Below, in pieces: positions 24,803 to 38,145 of a DNA stretch of 64,000 bases. The stretch is taken from the NCBI GenBank assembly GCA_038087875.1, contig CM075977.1, positions 227,726,001-227,790,000 of the forward strand. Reading direction: 5' to 3'. The position numbers were made by a program, and so were the translations under genes. The notes under the pieces were generated by a model, which saw only the letters and a program-made list of their open reading frames with translations, was not told the origin of the DNA and made no database searches. The DNA comes from Malacoraja senta. Taxonomy: Eukaryota. Position 1 is the first letter of the stretch, and each line of letters opens with the position of its first letter.

Positions 24803-26571
24803 GGAAAAGTTAGAGGTCAAGGTGATGTGGCTATTGCTGTAGCATCCTCTGGGAAAGCAGCTACATTAATGCCTGGTGGAAGAACTGCACATTCTCGATT
24901 CAAGATACCCATCCAAGTGGCCGAGGATACATTCTGCAACATCGAGAAGAACTCTAAAGGGCCTGTCCCACCAGCATGCGATTGCATGCGGCGAGCGCGA
25001 CCAAACGTGGTGGCTTGAGGCGTACGGCCTCGCGGGGCCGGTTCCACTTCCAACCGCGGAGCCGTCTGGAGTTGTGCGGAGCTTGTCCCGACATCATACT
25101 CACCAATCAGCTGGGCAGGAGGCGGGCCGACTGAATTTGGACGTCGCACGGCGTCGGGCGGTTACGTCATCACGCAACGGCACGCCGGCGGTGATGTCAT
25201 CGCGCAACGCCACGCGCTAGGCATACGCCGTCAAGATGTTGCGTTCGGCGTCAAGACGCTGAGTACGGCGTCAAGGCGGTGCGTGCGGCGTTGAGGCGGT
25301 GCGTGCGACCTCCATGTGGCTGCGGGCCGGCAGGCCGTTGCTGCGTGGAATTTTTGAACACTGTCAGTTTTTCGGGACCAGCTCCGCACAACTCCATGCG
25401 GCTCCGGCGATCGAAGTGGGCCCAGCCCCGCGAGGCCGCACGGCTAGCGCGACCACGTTAGGTCGCGCTAGCCGCATGCAGTCGCATGCTCGTGGGACAG
25501 GCCCTTTAGACGGCACATTTCATGAGGCAAGTGAAAGTCATTGTTTGGGATGAATGTCCAATGATTAGGCGAGGAAGCTTTGAAGCGATGGACAGAACTC
25601 TTCAAGATGTCTGCAGCAACACTAAGCCTTTTGGCGGCATTCTTATAGTTTGTTGTGGCAATTTTCGACAACCACTTGCTGTGGTGAAAAGGGGAAATGA
25701 TGCTGATGTTGAAAATGCCTGCATCAAGAAATCCTACTTGTGGAGACTTTTCACCAAGTTTCAAGTGCACACAAATATGCGATTGACAGAGGGAGAAGGC
25801 AACTATTCGCAATTTTTGTTGAAAGTTGGAGAAGACAAGATTTTAAAGATTGAAGACAATGAAATTGAAATCCCACAAGACATGCTTCTATCAGCAGAAA
25901 CACTGGAGGATTGTATTGATTTGATCTATCCCACATTTGACAATCCTGCAGAATTATTCTCCACCAATTGTATCTTGGTTCCTCACAACGATACCATGAG
26001 AAGCATCAATTCTACATGCATCAGACGCTTCCCTGGAATCGTTAAGGAGTACTTTTCTTTCAATGCTGTCACTGACGGAACTCATGATACTCACTTCCCA
26101 ACAGAATTCCTCGATTCACTCGAGCTCTCTGGATTACCACCACACAAATTGGAGTTGAAAAAAGGATCTCCAATCATATTAATGAGAAACTTGGAGCCGC
26201 CAAAGCTATGCAATGGAACGAGGATGATTGTGGAAGAAATACACAATAATCTGATCGTTGCAAGAATCAACATGGGAGCCTTCAAAGATGACATTGTTCT
26301 CATTCCTAGGATAGCACTCATTTTGACAGAAGGTGAAGACATTCCCCTTCAGCGGACCCAATTCCCCATTCAATCAAGTTTTGCTATGACGATCCATAAA
26401 GCACAAGGACAAACAATGCAGAAGGTGTTGATCTACCTCGACAAACCGGTATTTCAGCATGGACAACTATATGTGGCTCTTAGCCGAGGAAAGATGAAGG
26501 GAAATGTCAACGTTTTCCTGAAGGATGGAACATCGACCAAGAATGTTGTCATTAAAAGCGTGCTTCGTTGA
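24803..26571 (+). pseudogene. Helitron PIF1-like helicase C-terminal part, interrupted by a MITE
   Basis: AVASSGKAATLMPGGRTAHSRFKIP [MITE] VIVWDECPM, PFGG...GNFRQ, TNMRL, LCNGTRM, FAMTIHKAQGQT, HGQLYVALSR; removing the MITE and one 3-bp TSD copy restores frame (EKNSKTAHFMRQ). Confidence 0.93.
24958..25505. mobile_element. PIF/Harbinger-type MITE (GC-rich subfamily)
   Basis: AGGGCCTGTCCCAC...GTGGGACAGGCCCT termini; flanks TAA and TTA; related to 43955-44344. Confidence 0.88.
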
Positions 26572-27933
26572 ATGATGACTTCTGAGATAAATTCTCAGAT
26601 TTTCTTTCTTAAAATTTGACTGCTGAATCTCTCTATATTAAAATTGTCTCTTTTTATCAACAGGAAATAGTCATCAAGAGGCAGTGAGCAACAGAACACA
26701 ACAAGAGACACAACAAGAAAGAACTTAATAATTCTCATCTTTAACATTTAAATTGTTCTTATATTTTAAGAATCATTCACATTTTAAATTTTAATAAATC
26801 TTTTTTGCACTTTTGATGCCTGTGTGTTCTTCATCACAATGTGAACCTAATGGGCAGAAATGGCTGCTCTGTGGGAGAGCCACTAAGAGTGCATGGGGGG
26901 AGGTTGTGGGGAGATGCACTGAATGCGTGGGGAGAAGGGGAATGGCAAGGAGCAGAGTGGGGGGGTGAAGGGAGCAGGGGTGACTGAGTGAGCTGCCAGT
27001 GTACCAGGCGTGAGTGACTGCACTGCCAGCCCACGAGCCATGAGTAAGTGAACTGCCAGCCCACCAGCCGTAAGTGACTGAACTGCCAGCCCATTAATCC
27101 ATTCAGTCCACCCTCTCCCCCTTCTCTCTCACAGTCTGTCATCTGTTTTGGGCAGACAAGAGGATTTTTCCCATCAATGAAAAATAAAAGAGTTATTAGT
27201 GTTTAAAAAATGTTGAGATTCTCTTTCCTGTCAATCACGCCTGAAGGCCACGTCCCTTCTGGTGGGAGGGGGGGAGGGGACTATAAAACCCGGAAGTGTG
27301 GGCATGCCTCAGTCTCTGCAAGATGGGGAGGGAGAGGTCACGACTCACTGTCTTTAGTGGCCTTGCACCTGCTTCAAATGGTATGAAACTGCACTTGAAT
27401 TTGGTGCCCTTGCACCCTGCTTGAAATGGAATTTCAAGGAATAGCCGTGAGTCAACTGCGAGCCCACCAGCCGTGAGTGAGTGAGCGAGCTGCCAGCCCA
27501 ACAGCCTTGAGTGACTGAGCCGCCAGCCCAAGAATCCATCCGGCCCATACTAGCCCTCTGGAAACCAGTCCCTTCAGCGCACAACACCCATACTAGCGCT
27601 CCAGAAAGGCCCCCCCCCCCCTCACTGGCAACCAATATTGGAATTGAGGTGTAGAGGTGGAATATTGGGTTGGGGGACCAGCCCTCCCGTGTGATGCTGG
27701 GACCCAACGGGTCCCACTTAGTCTAGTTCTAAACTAAACCCAGAATCCCACATACTGCTTTAACAATATCCTGCCTGTTTCAACTAACTGTGGATAATAC
27801 ACCTCCACTTCTCTGGTCTGGTACCCGTTAATTCTTCTCTCTTGTTTATATTGTCTCTTTTCATTGTTCCTATCAAAATGTAATACCTCACACATTTCTC
27901 AGAAATTAAATGTCATCTGTGATGTGCCACTTT

Positions 27934-28430
27934 ATGAATGAATGAATGAATGAATGAATGAATGAATGAATGAGTTTATTGGCCAAGTATGTCCACATAC
28001 AAGGAATTTGCCTTGGTGCTCCGCTCGCAAGTAATAATACGACACAGTAAACAATTAAGAATAAACCATTGGCTATATTTAAGAGGGAGTTAGATGTGGC
28101 CCTTGTGGCTAAAGGGATCAGGGGGTATGGAGAGAAGGCAGGTATAGGATACTGAGTTGGATGATCAGCCATGATCATATTGAATGGCGGTGCAGGCTCG
28201 AAGGGTCGAATGGCCTACTCCTGCACCTATTTTCTATGTTTCTATAAAACATTAAAACATTAAGAATAAAACATTATAGTTTAAACATTTGAATGAAATA
28301 AAATACCAGAGTAAAAGGAGGCTACAGACTTTTGGTTATTGAGTAGAGCTACTGCTCATGAAAAAAAGCAGTTTTTATGTCTGGCTATGGCAGCTTTGAC
28401 AGTCCGGAGTCGCCTTCCAGAGGGAAGTGT
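27934..28430 (-). mobile_element. Rex-Babar 3' tail with (ATTC)n, carrying a plus-strand CR1 3' end at ~28068-28225
   Basis: (TGAA)n then typical tail; insert ends gaatggcctactcctgcacctattttctatgtttctat. Confidence 0.75.
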
Positions 28431-29079
28431 CTATTGTATATTACCATCCTTCTCACAATTCACAAAGCCTCTAACTTTTGTGTCATCTGCGAATAAATTA
28501 ATATGCTTCAGCCCCTTTTACTCCATGGCCTTCAATCTTGATTTTGCTGTTATATCAAATTCATTTCATAAACACATATATATATCATCCACATTTCCCT
28601 CATGAACCCTTGTGTCATTTCTTTAAAGTATTCTTATCAAGCTGGTTGCCATGATTTCCATGTTGACTTTCTCTGATCATTCACATTTATTCAAGTGACT
28701 AGTAATTCTGACCTGATTATTATTTCTAAAAAAAAAGCTGATCGCTGAGGTCAAAGAGGTTAAATTAACAGTTACTATTGGTTTAGTCTTGAATTTTTTT
28801 TAAACAAGGTTACGTCATTTGCGATTTTTCTCTTGATCTTGAGCAACGCCTGGAATCAAAAAGTGATTAGAAGAGTATGACCAGGGCCTCTGCAAATTCC
28901 TCCGCTACTCTCCTAAATCCAGAACATCTGGACTGGATCCACTATAAATGCAGTAACTTTCCTCTATTAGCCCATTTAGAATCTCAAGTACATCTTTGTG
29001 TCAGAGACTCCAGCAGCATACTTGCTTTACTGAGCAACCCAATATCCATTCATTCTGGACCGTGCTTTATCATCTTTAA

Positions 29080-29795
29080 AAGGTTTAGGTTTATTATTGT
29101 CACATGTACTGAGGGACAATGAAAATCTTTGTTTTTGCAAGCTATCCAATCAGATCAGAAAATAATATACAGAAATACAATCTCTAAACTAAATATACAA
29201 TCAAGTTAAACTCAAGTCCAATAGGTAGAACCAAAGGGAAGATATAGGGTGCAAAATATAGTTCCCAGCATCATAGTGCATCTGTTCTAGAGACAAAATC
29301 CAATATCTGCAATGGGATAGAGGTGAATTGGGCAATACACCATCTTATGGAAGGGCCATTCAGAAACCTGATAACAGATAAGATGTTGTTCCCGAGTCTG
29401 GTGACGCGCGCCTTCAAGCTTCTGTACCTTTTGCCCGATGGGAGCAAGGAGGAAGAATGACCAGGGTGGGACAAGTCTTTGATTATGTTGGCTGCTTTTC
29501 GAGGCGGCGTGAAGTATAAATCGAGTTAATGGTGGGGGGGTCTGTTCTGTGTGATGGACTGGGCTACATCTAGTACTCTCTGCAATTTCTTACATAGACA
29601 TAGATATAGAAAATAAGTGCAGGAGGAGGCCATTCGGCCCTTCGAGTCAGCACCGCCATTCATTGTGATCATGGCTGATCGTCCCAAATCAATAACCTGT
29701 GCCTGCCTTCTCCCTTGCAGTGGTGGCCTGAGCTATTCCTAAACCATGGTGTGATGCAACCCAACAGTATGCTTTCTATGGTGCATCTACAGAAA
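29080..29795 (-). mobile_element. Rex-Babar 3' fragment with nested CR1 tail (~29593-29715)
   Basis: HPGHSSSLLPSGKRYRSLKARVTRL...VIRFLNG. Confidence 0.8.
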
Positions 29796-30119
29796 TGTAG
29801 CTAGTCCTTGCAGTATCCAGTTTTACCCCAACTAGATTATCAGTCTTCTCTTCCTTTTATAAGGCTCCAGTAGTATCATCCTCCTTGGTGAAGAGTTAGA
29901 CTTGTTTAGCACCTCAGTCAAGACTTCTGCCTCGACAAATAATTATTGTTTTTTTGGTCTCTGATCAGTTTCACCTCTCTTTTCATAACCCTTTTCCTGT
30001 TCATTTGCTAACATGATATTTTCAGATTCTCTTTTGTTTGTTGCCCATTTTTTTTCACTTTCTCTCTTTTTTTTTAAACTTTCTCTCTGAACTTTTTGTA
30101 ATTAGCCTGATTCCCAGTC

Positions 30120-30745
30120 CAGTGTTTAATTGTCAAATGTACTGTCAACAGAACAATGAAATTCTTACTTGTAGATTAGAGTTTAGTTGGAGTTTGTCGT
30201 GTTCAATTGTTAGTTAGTTGTGGGGGAAAACCTGCTCCTGAACCTGGACGTTACACTTTTCAAGCTCATATACCTTCTTCTCAATGGCAGGAGTGCAATG
30301 AGAGAGTGGCCAGGGTGGTGTGTCCCTGATGATGCTCAAGGGTTCAAAGGTATTTTATTGTCATGTGTACCAATTAAGGTACAATGAAACTCGATTTGAG
30401 GCAGCACCATCTCTAGATCCCTTCGATGGTGAGGAGGTCAGAACCCGTGATGGACTGGGCAGTTGTTGAAATCTTCTTTGATCTTGGGCATTCGAGTTGC
30501 TGTCGCAGGCCATGATGCAACCAGTCAATATACTCGCTACCATACACCTGCAGAAGTTCCAGAGAATATTCATCGACATATCAAGTTTCCTCAATCTTCT
30601 ACGGAAGTAGAGGCTTTGATCGGCTTTCTTTATGATTGCATCAATGTGCTGGGTCCAGGAAGATCTTCAGGGATATGCATGGCCAGGAATTTGATGGCTT
30701 CGACTTTCCACCATGGACCCGTCGATGAAGACAGGTTTGTGGATC
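30120..30745 (-). mobile_element. Rex-Babar 3' fragment
   Basis: RKLDMSMNILWNFCRCMVASILTGCIMA. Confidence 0.8.
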
Positions 30746-31847
30746 ATGTCTAACAATACTGTCATAGACTGATGGTGAGGATGTGGTCTTGATAGTTTGT
30801 ACTTTGTGTTGGATCACACACTACTTGCTGCCGAGGGGAAATTTCTTCTCCTATCCGTTACTTCAAAATCCGGCATAATCATGGCCTGACATTACCAAGA
30901 ACATCGAAAAAATGGGAACAGAATAAGCCATCACGTCCTTCACGTCGAGCCTGCCCTGCCATTTAATAAGATCATGGGTGATCACTGGCCTCAACTCCTC
31001 TCCTGTGTTATTCTTGTGCTGCTTCAAAATCTACGTAATTTTAATGCACTGTTATATTATTCCTTTGCTGCAGTTTTACCCCTTCTCGGGAAAAGTGAGG
31101 GAACACCATCAGTGATGCTGCAGGTAGCATTGCGGCCGCTCAGCTCTAGATGTGCCAGCGGGAATTTGAAGACGTCAAAGAAATAAGTAAATATATGGAA
31201 AGTTAGCTAATAGCTAAGCAATTGGTAGTATCGAAGCAAACTATGTTTGGGAGATATATACAGGATTGCATAAAAAGATGCCTCACAGAATGCCAGCAGC
31301 AATAACTCCGGAGACTAACCATTGTAGAACCCAGAGAGGAAGTTGCCACATCAAATCACATCCGGGTACACCAGAGTAGGTGATATCTGAATCCAAGTTG
31401 TGGGTTTTGGGAAGTGTTTGAAACTAAGTATAGGGGCTCCCCAGGATTTGGAAGACCTGATTTACGGAAATCTGACTTTATGCAAATAGTGTCATAAAGT
31501 CATACAACATGGAGACAGGCCTTCGGCCCAACTTGCCCATCCCTACCAAGATGCCCCATCTACGCTAGTCCCACCTGACACATTTGACCGAAATCCCACA
31601 TCGTTCGGTGAACTTCTATAACTTTGTGGGCACCAGACACGTGGTGATACTTGTGTGCCGCCTAGGTGAGGTCTGCTGTACAATTTCACTGGGTTGTATG
31701 CAAAACAAAGCATCTCACTGTACCTAGGTACATGTGACAATAAAGTATAATTGAATCATTGAAATGAACCTTTCCTATTCATGCACCTGTCCAAATGTAT
31801 TTTAAATGTTGTTATTGTATTATAGTATAATACTATAGACGTAATAT

Positions 31848-31975
31848 GTAGGAAGGAACTGCAGGTGCTGGTTTACACCGAAGATAGACGCAAAAGGCTG
31901 GAGTAACTCCGAGGGATAGGCAGCATCTCTGGAGAGAAGGAACGGGTGACATTTCAGGTTGAGACCCTTCTTCAG
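31848..31975 (-). mobile_element. short Penelope module with hammerhead core
   Basis: Minus strand starts ctgaagaagggtctcaacctgaaatgtcacc. Confidence 0.8.
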
Positions 31976-32296
31976 TTTAGTATAATGTTATATAATAGTG
32001 CAACAAAAAGCTTTTCAGTACGGTACCTCAGTAAATGAGACAATAAACAAACTATATAGGTGGTTGCCACAGCTACCTCCTCTGGCAGCTCATACCTACC
32101 ATCCTCTGAAAACCCACCATGCTCTGTGTGAACCATTCCATTAATTTTTAAAGAATTTTTCAAGGTGGTAACAATAATGTTATGTGGTGTTCATTAACAA
32201 ATATAGTATTTATTCTATTAATTTAATTACGGGTAGCACTCAGGTGAATATTCGATAAAATGAAAATACAGGAAATGTATGCAGAGTAATATGATA

Positions 32297-33395
32297 ATTT
32301 AGTTTAGTTTATTGTCACGTGTACAGAGGTACAGTGAAACGCTTTTGTTGCATGTTAACTGGTCAGTGGAAAGACTATACATGATTACAATCAAGCCATC
32401 CACTGTGTACAGATACACGATAAAGGGATAACATTTAGTAAGACAAAATCTCAGTAAAGTCCGATTACACATAGTCCGAAGGACTCCAATGAGATGGATA
32501 GTAGCTCAGGACCGCTCTCTAGTCGTTGACAGAATGGTTCAGTTGCCTGATAACAATTGGGAAGACACTGTCCCTGAATCTGTACCACTTGCTTGATGGA
32601 AGAGGGGAGAAGAGGGATTGACTGGGGTGAGACTCACCCTAGATTATGCCAGTGGCCTTGCAGGGTGAGGTGTAAATGGAGCCAAAGGAAGGGAGGTTGG
32701 TTTGTGTGGTGGTCTGGGCTATACCCACAATTCTCTGCAATTTTTTGCGGTCTTGGATGGAGCTGTTCCCAGCTGTGACGCATCCCGATAAAATGCTCTC
32801 TACGGCGCATCTGTAGAAGTTGGTGAGAGTTGTTGGGGACATGCCGAACTTCCAATATTTTCTAAGGAAGTACAGGCATTGGTGTGCTTTCTTGGCTATT
32901 GCTTCAATATGGTTAGTCCAGGACAAGTTGCTGCTGATATTTACTCCTAGGAACTTGAAGCTTTCAACCATCTCTATTTCAGCACCATCAAAATACAACG
33001 GGTATGTGTTTGCTTCACTTCCTGAATTTGAATACTATGATACCCGGTCGCGAGCTTCTCAATCTCCTTCCTGTACGCAGTCTCATCATGATTCGATACC
33101 CGGCCCACAACGCTGCGAATTTGTAAATCAAATTGAATTTGCACATGGCTGCACCGTTGTGGGTGTATGAGGAATAAAGAAAGCGGCTGAAAACGCAACC
33201 TTGCGGAGCACCAGTGTTGAGGATTATTGTAGCTCATGATTCGCCCCTATCCTCACTGATTGTGGTCTGTGGGTCAGGCAGAGGAGGATCCAGTTGCAAA
33301 GTGTTGACTCTAAGTTCCACGAGTTTGGTGATGAGCTTGGATGGGATAACGGCATTAAAAGCAGATCTATGAATAGAAGTCTGCCGTAGTAGTGT
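32297..33395 (-). mobile_element. Rex-Babar LINE 3' fragment
   Basis: VESFKFLGVNISSNLSWTNHI...LYFLRK...NFYRCAVESILSGCVT; (CTAAA)-type tail. Confidence 0.88.
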
Positions 33396-35756
33396 CTCTT
33401 ATGATATGGGTAGGTATAGAAAGCAGATGTTTCTGACCTACCGAAAAATTGCCTGACGGATAGTACTGTACTCAGGAATGGAACTCTGGTGTAACCTGGG
33501 AGCTGCCTGGAGTGAGTTTTGGGACTTTTTGTAATAAAGTAATGTCTTTGAATTATTTAAGGATAATAGCAATTAATACAGAAATATAGGTGTTGGGCAA
33601 ATTCATTGTCTGGCATATTTTATCGTGTGGTGCATCAAATTTTGTAACACTATTAATTTTGCTTCTTGTCTCATGACTACATGTAATGATAAACATGTCG
33701 ATACTAATATGGAGTGCTTATTAATAATATCACCAGTACTAATGTGTTATTTAATCAAATATTTTAATAACTGCATAGCTGTATTTTCCATAGTACCTAT
33801 AACTGCCACAGCAACAGAAAACTCGAATTTATACTGTCAATCTTTATTCATATTAGTTGACATTTAACAACCATCAACAATTCACTACAATCATTGGACA
33901 TTGGCACTGAATGCTTACAAGTAAATTTCACAAGCTAGGCTTTTGCACATGTAGACATAAGTATAAAGAACAGTCAATATTAAACTGGCACTGTCCAAGT
34001 ATAGCAATCATTAACTGTAATTCATTTCCTATTTTTCCAGAAGAGGTGTAATCTTCTTGTGGAATCAGAATTGCACAAAACAGAAGACTGTTGAAACCTA
34101 AGCACCTGTACTGGTGTTCTGAAATAATCATCTGTTTAGACCTATTTTAGACCTAATTACATGCCCTTTCCCTACATTATAAAATGTTTCTCTTTCAAAT
34201 ATTTATCCACTTGCCTCTTACAAGTAATCACTGATTCAGGTTTCAGCATGATTTCTGGTGCGACATTCCATTTCCTAACCAAGCCTTCCTGCAACTGAAT
34301 CCCAATTTATATTTTAAATTCATGACATTAGATTGCCAATTTTGCAACCAACAGAATTTTTTTCTCTCCAAACCACATCAAAACAGCAGAATTTGAGCAG
34401 AGGTATATGATAGCCGTTTATTCTTGTGAAAAGATAATAATTTATTTTGAGGTACAACAAAGATACAGGTGGCGTTCATGTTGCTCCTGAGCCTTTTCTT
34501 ACCTCATCACAACATACTTTGCATATTTTCTGTACTCATCCTTATCTGGTGAATGAGCCATACTGCTTGATTTGCTGCATTCTTCCTATGTATTAACTAC
34601 ACCACAAATTTATGTAATCTGAAAATTAAGAAACCGTACTTCTGATTTCCCCAGTCTAGGTTGTTAATATAAAATTATGAAATGTTCCCAGCCCGTCAAG
34701 GAACATTTTGTGGATCTAATTAGCTATTCCTATCCTCACATTGTTTTAGATAGTTTTTATCCACAATCATAACTGTCCTATGACACTACAGGCTCTGACC
34801 TTCGTTGCAAGTAAGTGTGGAATTATTTGAAAATCCAAATAACATTACATTATTCTCCCTGTTTATTTTTTGTAATAATTCAATGTTCAGTTTACTGTTC
34901 TATGTACAAATCTTTGCTTCTAATTCCGCAATGCACCATGGTAGCTAAACCACAACCTTATATTGAAATCACCACATTGCTAATCTGCTAATTCTGGGCA
35001 ATGGAGAAGGAAATATCAAAAGAAGAAACTTCAGATATGAGTGCATTATTGTTTTTTTTTTAAAGAGGTTCTGAAATTTAGTGCAGATACTCTTAAACAT
35101 GGAAGGTGCAAGTTACAATCATGACCTTTTAATTTTCTTTTGCCTACCTCTTTCTTCCTGGAATGTGTGCTCTCCTAGTCTGATTCTCTTGTACATCTTT
35201 GTACTGATTTGTACATCACATTTCTCAATGTAATTAAATACATTTATTCTAACCTCCCTACTTTTTCATTTCTATTAATGCTCTTCTGTGAATGATAAAA
35301 AAAATCACAATGTTCCTCCGGCAGTCCTTCATCCTCCAAACAATTTTATTTTATTTTTACAACTGTTCCTATGCTTCTTGTGCATTCCTTTCATTGTTTG
35401 CACTTCATTGCACAATGATACTTCTTTCAGAAGTACAAATATCAATTAAAATGATTGGGATTCCCTTTAAAGTAATTATGGCTGGATTTAGTCAAGCGTT
35501 CACCTTGGATGGGATGCTCACTGTTTTAACTCAACTAGAATGTATTGGATTAGAAAATAATGACCATTTGTAGCTAAATAAAAAAAACTGAGGAGGATAT
35601 TTGAAAGAAAAAATGTATAAATTTGCCAAGAACAATAGGGCAGATGTTGGGAACCAGCATCCAACATTGTCAGAGTCCGTTTCTACTTGTAGCAAAAGGA
35701 CTAGTAACAGTAGAAGTAAAGGTAGTCGCATATAAAATGAAGCAGTAAAACAACAA

Positions 35757-35982
35757 AGATAGACACAAAATGCTGGAGTAACTCAGCAAGACAGGCAGCA
35801 TATCTGAAGAGAAAGAATGGGTGATGTTTCAGGTCGAGACCCTTCTTCAGTCTGAAGTAGGGTCTTGACCCGAAAAGTCACCCACACCTTCTCTACAGAG
35901 ATGCTGCATGTCCCGCTGAGTTACTCCAGCCTTTTGTGTCTGTCTTCGGTTTAAACCAGCATTTGCAGTTCCTTCCTACACA
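35757..35982. mobile_element. head-to-head fold-back pair of Penelope hammerhead modules
   Basis: ~95-bp inverted arms meeting at cttcag-t-ctgaag (axis 35851). Confidence 0.88.
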
Positions 35983-36019
35983 GAAAAACAGCGATGTGGA
36001 ATACTGAAATGGCAGGATG

Positions 36020-36633
36020 CAACTTTTTCTTTTGCTACCTTCACCAAAGACTAAAAACACACCAAAAATAGCAGATGATTAGCAGACAAATGAGACGGAA
36101 GAACTTAAAACAAACTCTAGCACTGAGAAAAAGCTTCTAATAAGACTAAATACAGGTAAAGTTTCTGAGTGCCATGACCTGTATCCTAGCTATCTAAAAG
36201 TGATCATTGCAGGTGAAATTATTAACTGTGGTCTTAAAATATCTCCTGGTTCCAGAAACAATAAAGAAAATGAGAAGCAGCTAATGTTGGGAAACAAAAT
36301 AGGGGACTACAGGGCAGTTACCACAAACAACAAAACATTGGAATCCTTTAGTAAGAAAGTAACAATGGAGCGCATATTAAAGTATAACATGAGTGACAGT
36401 CAACATGATTTGTGAAAGGGAAATGCTCTTTAAAAATACCAAGTTTTGAGGTTTCAATTTGCTAGTTAAAGGGAAGTCTGTGAATGTAGAGATTTTAGAT
36501 TTCTAAGAGGTATTTGATAGGGTGCCAAATATATTGACTGCCTAAGACTCATGGTGCAATATATTTGCTTGTACAGTGGATTGGTTAACAGAAACAAAAC
36601 AGGGAATAGATATACAATTTCAGGTCAGCAAGC
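36020..36633 (+). mobile_element. degenerate CR1 fragment
   Basis: Traces of GDYRxV, SQHxFVKG, LDFxxxFDRVP. Confidence 0.55.
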
Positions 36634-36833
36634 NNNNNNNNNNNNNNNNNNNNNNNNNNNNNNNNNNNNNNNNNNNNNNNNNNNNNNNNNNNNNNNNNNN
36701 NNNNNNNNNNNNNNNNNNNNNNNNNNNNNNNNNNNNNNNNNNNNNNNNNNNNNNNNNNNNNNNNNNNNNNNNNNNNNNNNNNNNNNNNNNNNNNNNNNNN
36801 NNNNNNNNNNNNNNNNNNNNNNNNNNNNNNNNN

Positions 36834-36957
36834 GAAGGGTCTCGACCCGAAATGTTGCCTTTTTCCTTCGCTCCATAGATGCTGCCTCACCCGCTGAGTT
36901 TCTCCAGCATTTTTGTCTACCTTCGATTTTCCAGCATCTGCAGTTCCTTCTTAAACA
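36834..36957 (+). mobile_element. Penelope module (5' side in gap)
   Basis: gaagggtctcgacccgaaatgttgcc...catctgcagttccttcttaaac. Confidence 0.8.
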
Positions 36958-37044
36958 AGTAACACTGACTGCCCTCATTTTTCAAGACACTTCCATTAAC
37001 TACCCCCAAGACACTTCCATAGACACTTCCATTTGATTCCCTAA

Positions 37045-37350
37045 GTTCCCCCGGTCTTTGTCTTTCTCCACGGTAAAAATAGTGGAGAAATGCTCATTGT
37101 GGCTCTACACAGAGAAGACCGCTTTGTATCCTGATGGCCCCTACGCTCACTCTGGTTAGACTTTTTCCCCTTAATGTACTTATAAAGTCTCTTTGGATTA
37201 TCCTTTATATTATCTGCCAGAGCTACTTCCTGCCCCTTTTTAGTCCTGATTTCCTTCTTTAGCGTGCTCTTCAATTCCCAAAACTCCTCCTTGATCCCAG
37301 TTGCCTATACTTGTACCATGCCTCCTTTATTCTTGACCAGAGCTTCAATT
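37045..37350 (-). mobile_element. CR1 fragment
   Basis: LKKEIRTKKGQEVALADNIKDNPKRLYKYIKGK. Confidence 0.8.
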
Positions 37351-38014
37351 TCATGGAACAAATTTTACATTCTTTACAGTGGTTTAAAACTAAAATTATT
37401 CTTGTTCTTGTCAACCACTGACTTGCTAATTAGAATAATAACATTTTCCATTTCAGTACTGTGCCTTGACAGTTATATTTGACGAAAAATAATAGAAAGG
37501 CATATTGTTGTCGTAATAATTTATGGGGTGCATTATTTTCAGAACTACCTCAAATAATTATAAAACTGCACTACATATTAGTTTATTTGGCTCCTTCAGA
37601 TTTTTGATTACTTTTCCCGATAAGAACTTTAATTTCTAGACACACTGAATAACCACATCAAATTACATTGCAAAGAATCTAATCTTTATTTTTCAGGTTT
37701 CAGATGTTATAAAAAATGGATGCCTCCATGCTGTAGTCATTGAGGCATCTTATTGCTGGTGATCATTAGCAGCAATATAACTAGCCATAGGCATGCCATT
37801 CCTATCTCATTGATCACTATACCTCTGTGACTACCACAAATCACTTCTTAAGAAGAAAAATAAAGTCAGTAATCCCTACTAGAAAGAACATTATCAATCA
37901 GCAATTCTAATTGTTGAACATTATCATTTTGATTTTTAATCTTTCTCTTTCAAATTTAAAGTTTGTATGTGATAGTTCAAATTGTACGCATCGTCTCTGA
38001 ATTGTACAGATCTT

Positions 38015-38145
38015 CGTCTGAAGAAGAGCCCGAATCGAAATGTCACCTATCCATATTCTCCCGAGATGCTGCCTGACCCGCTGAGTTATTCCAGCACTTG
38101 TGTCTTTTTTGGTAAACCAGTATCTTCAGTTCCTTGTATCTACAC
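38015..38145 (+). mobile_element. short Penelope module with degenerate hammerhead
   Basis: gtctgaagaagagcccgaatcgaaatgtcacc; similar modules at 39035-39125 (minus), 40823-40990 (fold-back), 46277-46382, 57841-57915. Confidence 0.75.

Larger units (their letters stand above)
16688..27726 (+). mobile_element. 11-kb Helitron with nested DIRS, MITE and satellites
   Basis: 5' A|TCTATCTATATTACTAAAAG; 3' hairpin TGGGACCC-AAC-GGGTCCCA then CTAG|T; helicase ORF inside; ends homologous to Helitrons at 54503-57574; no TSD. Confidence 0.88.

Noticed and set aside
25522-26571. Host PIF1 helicase gene
   Set aside because: Lies between Helitron termini, lacks the N-terminus, Helitron-type motifs.
34497-34590. 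Open minus-strand exon candidate with GTAAGA donor
   Set aside because: Embedded in a degenerate CR1; poor acceptor.
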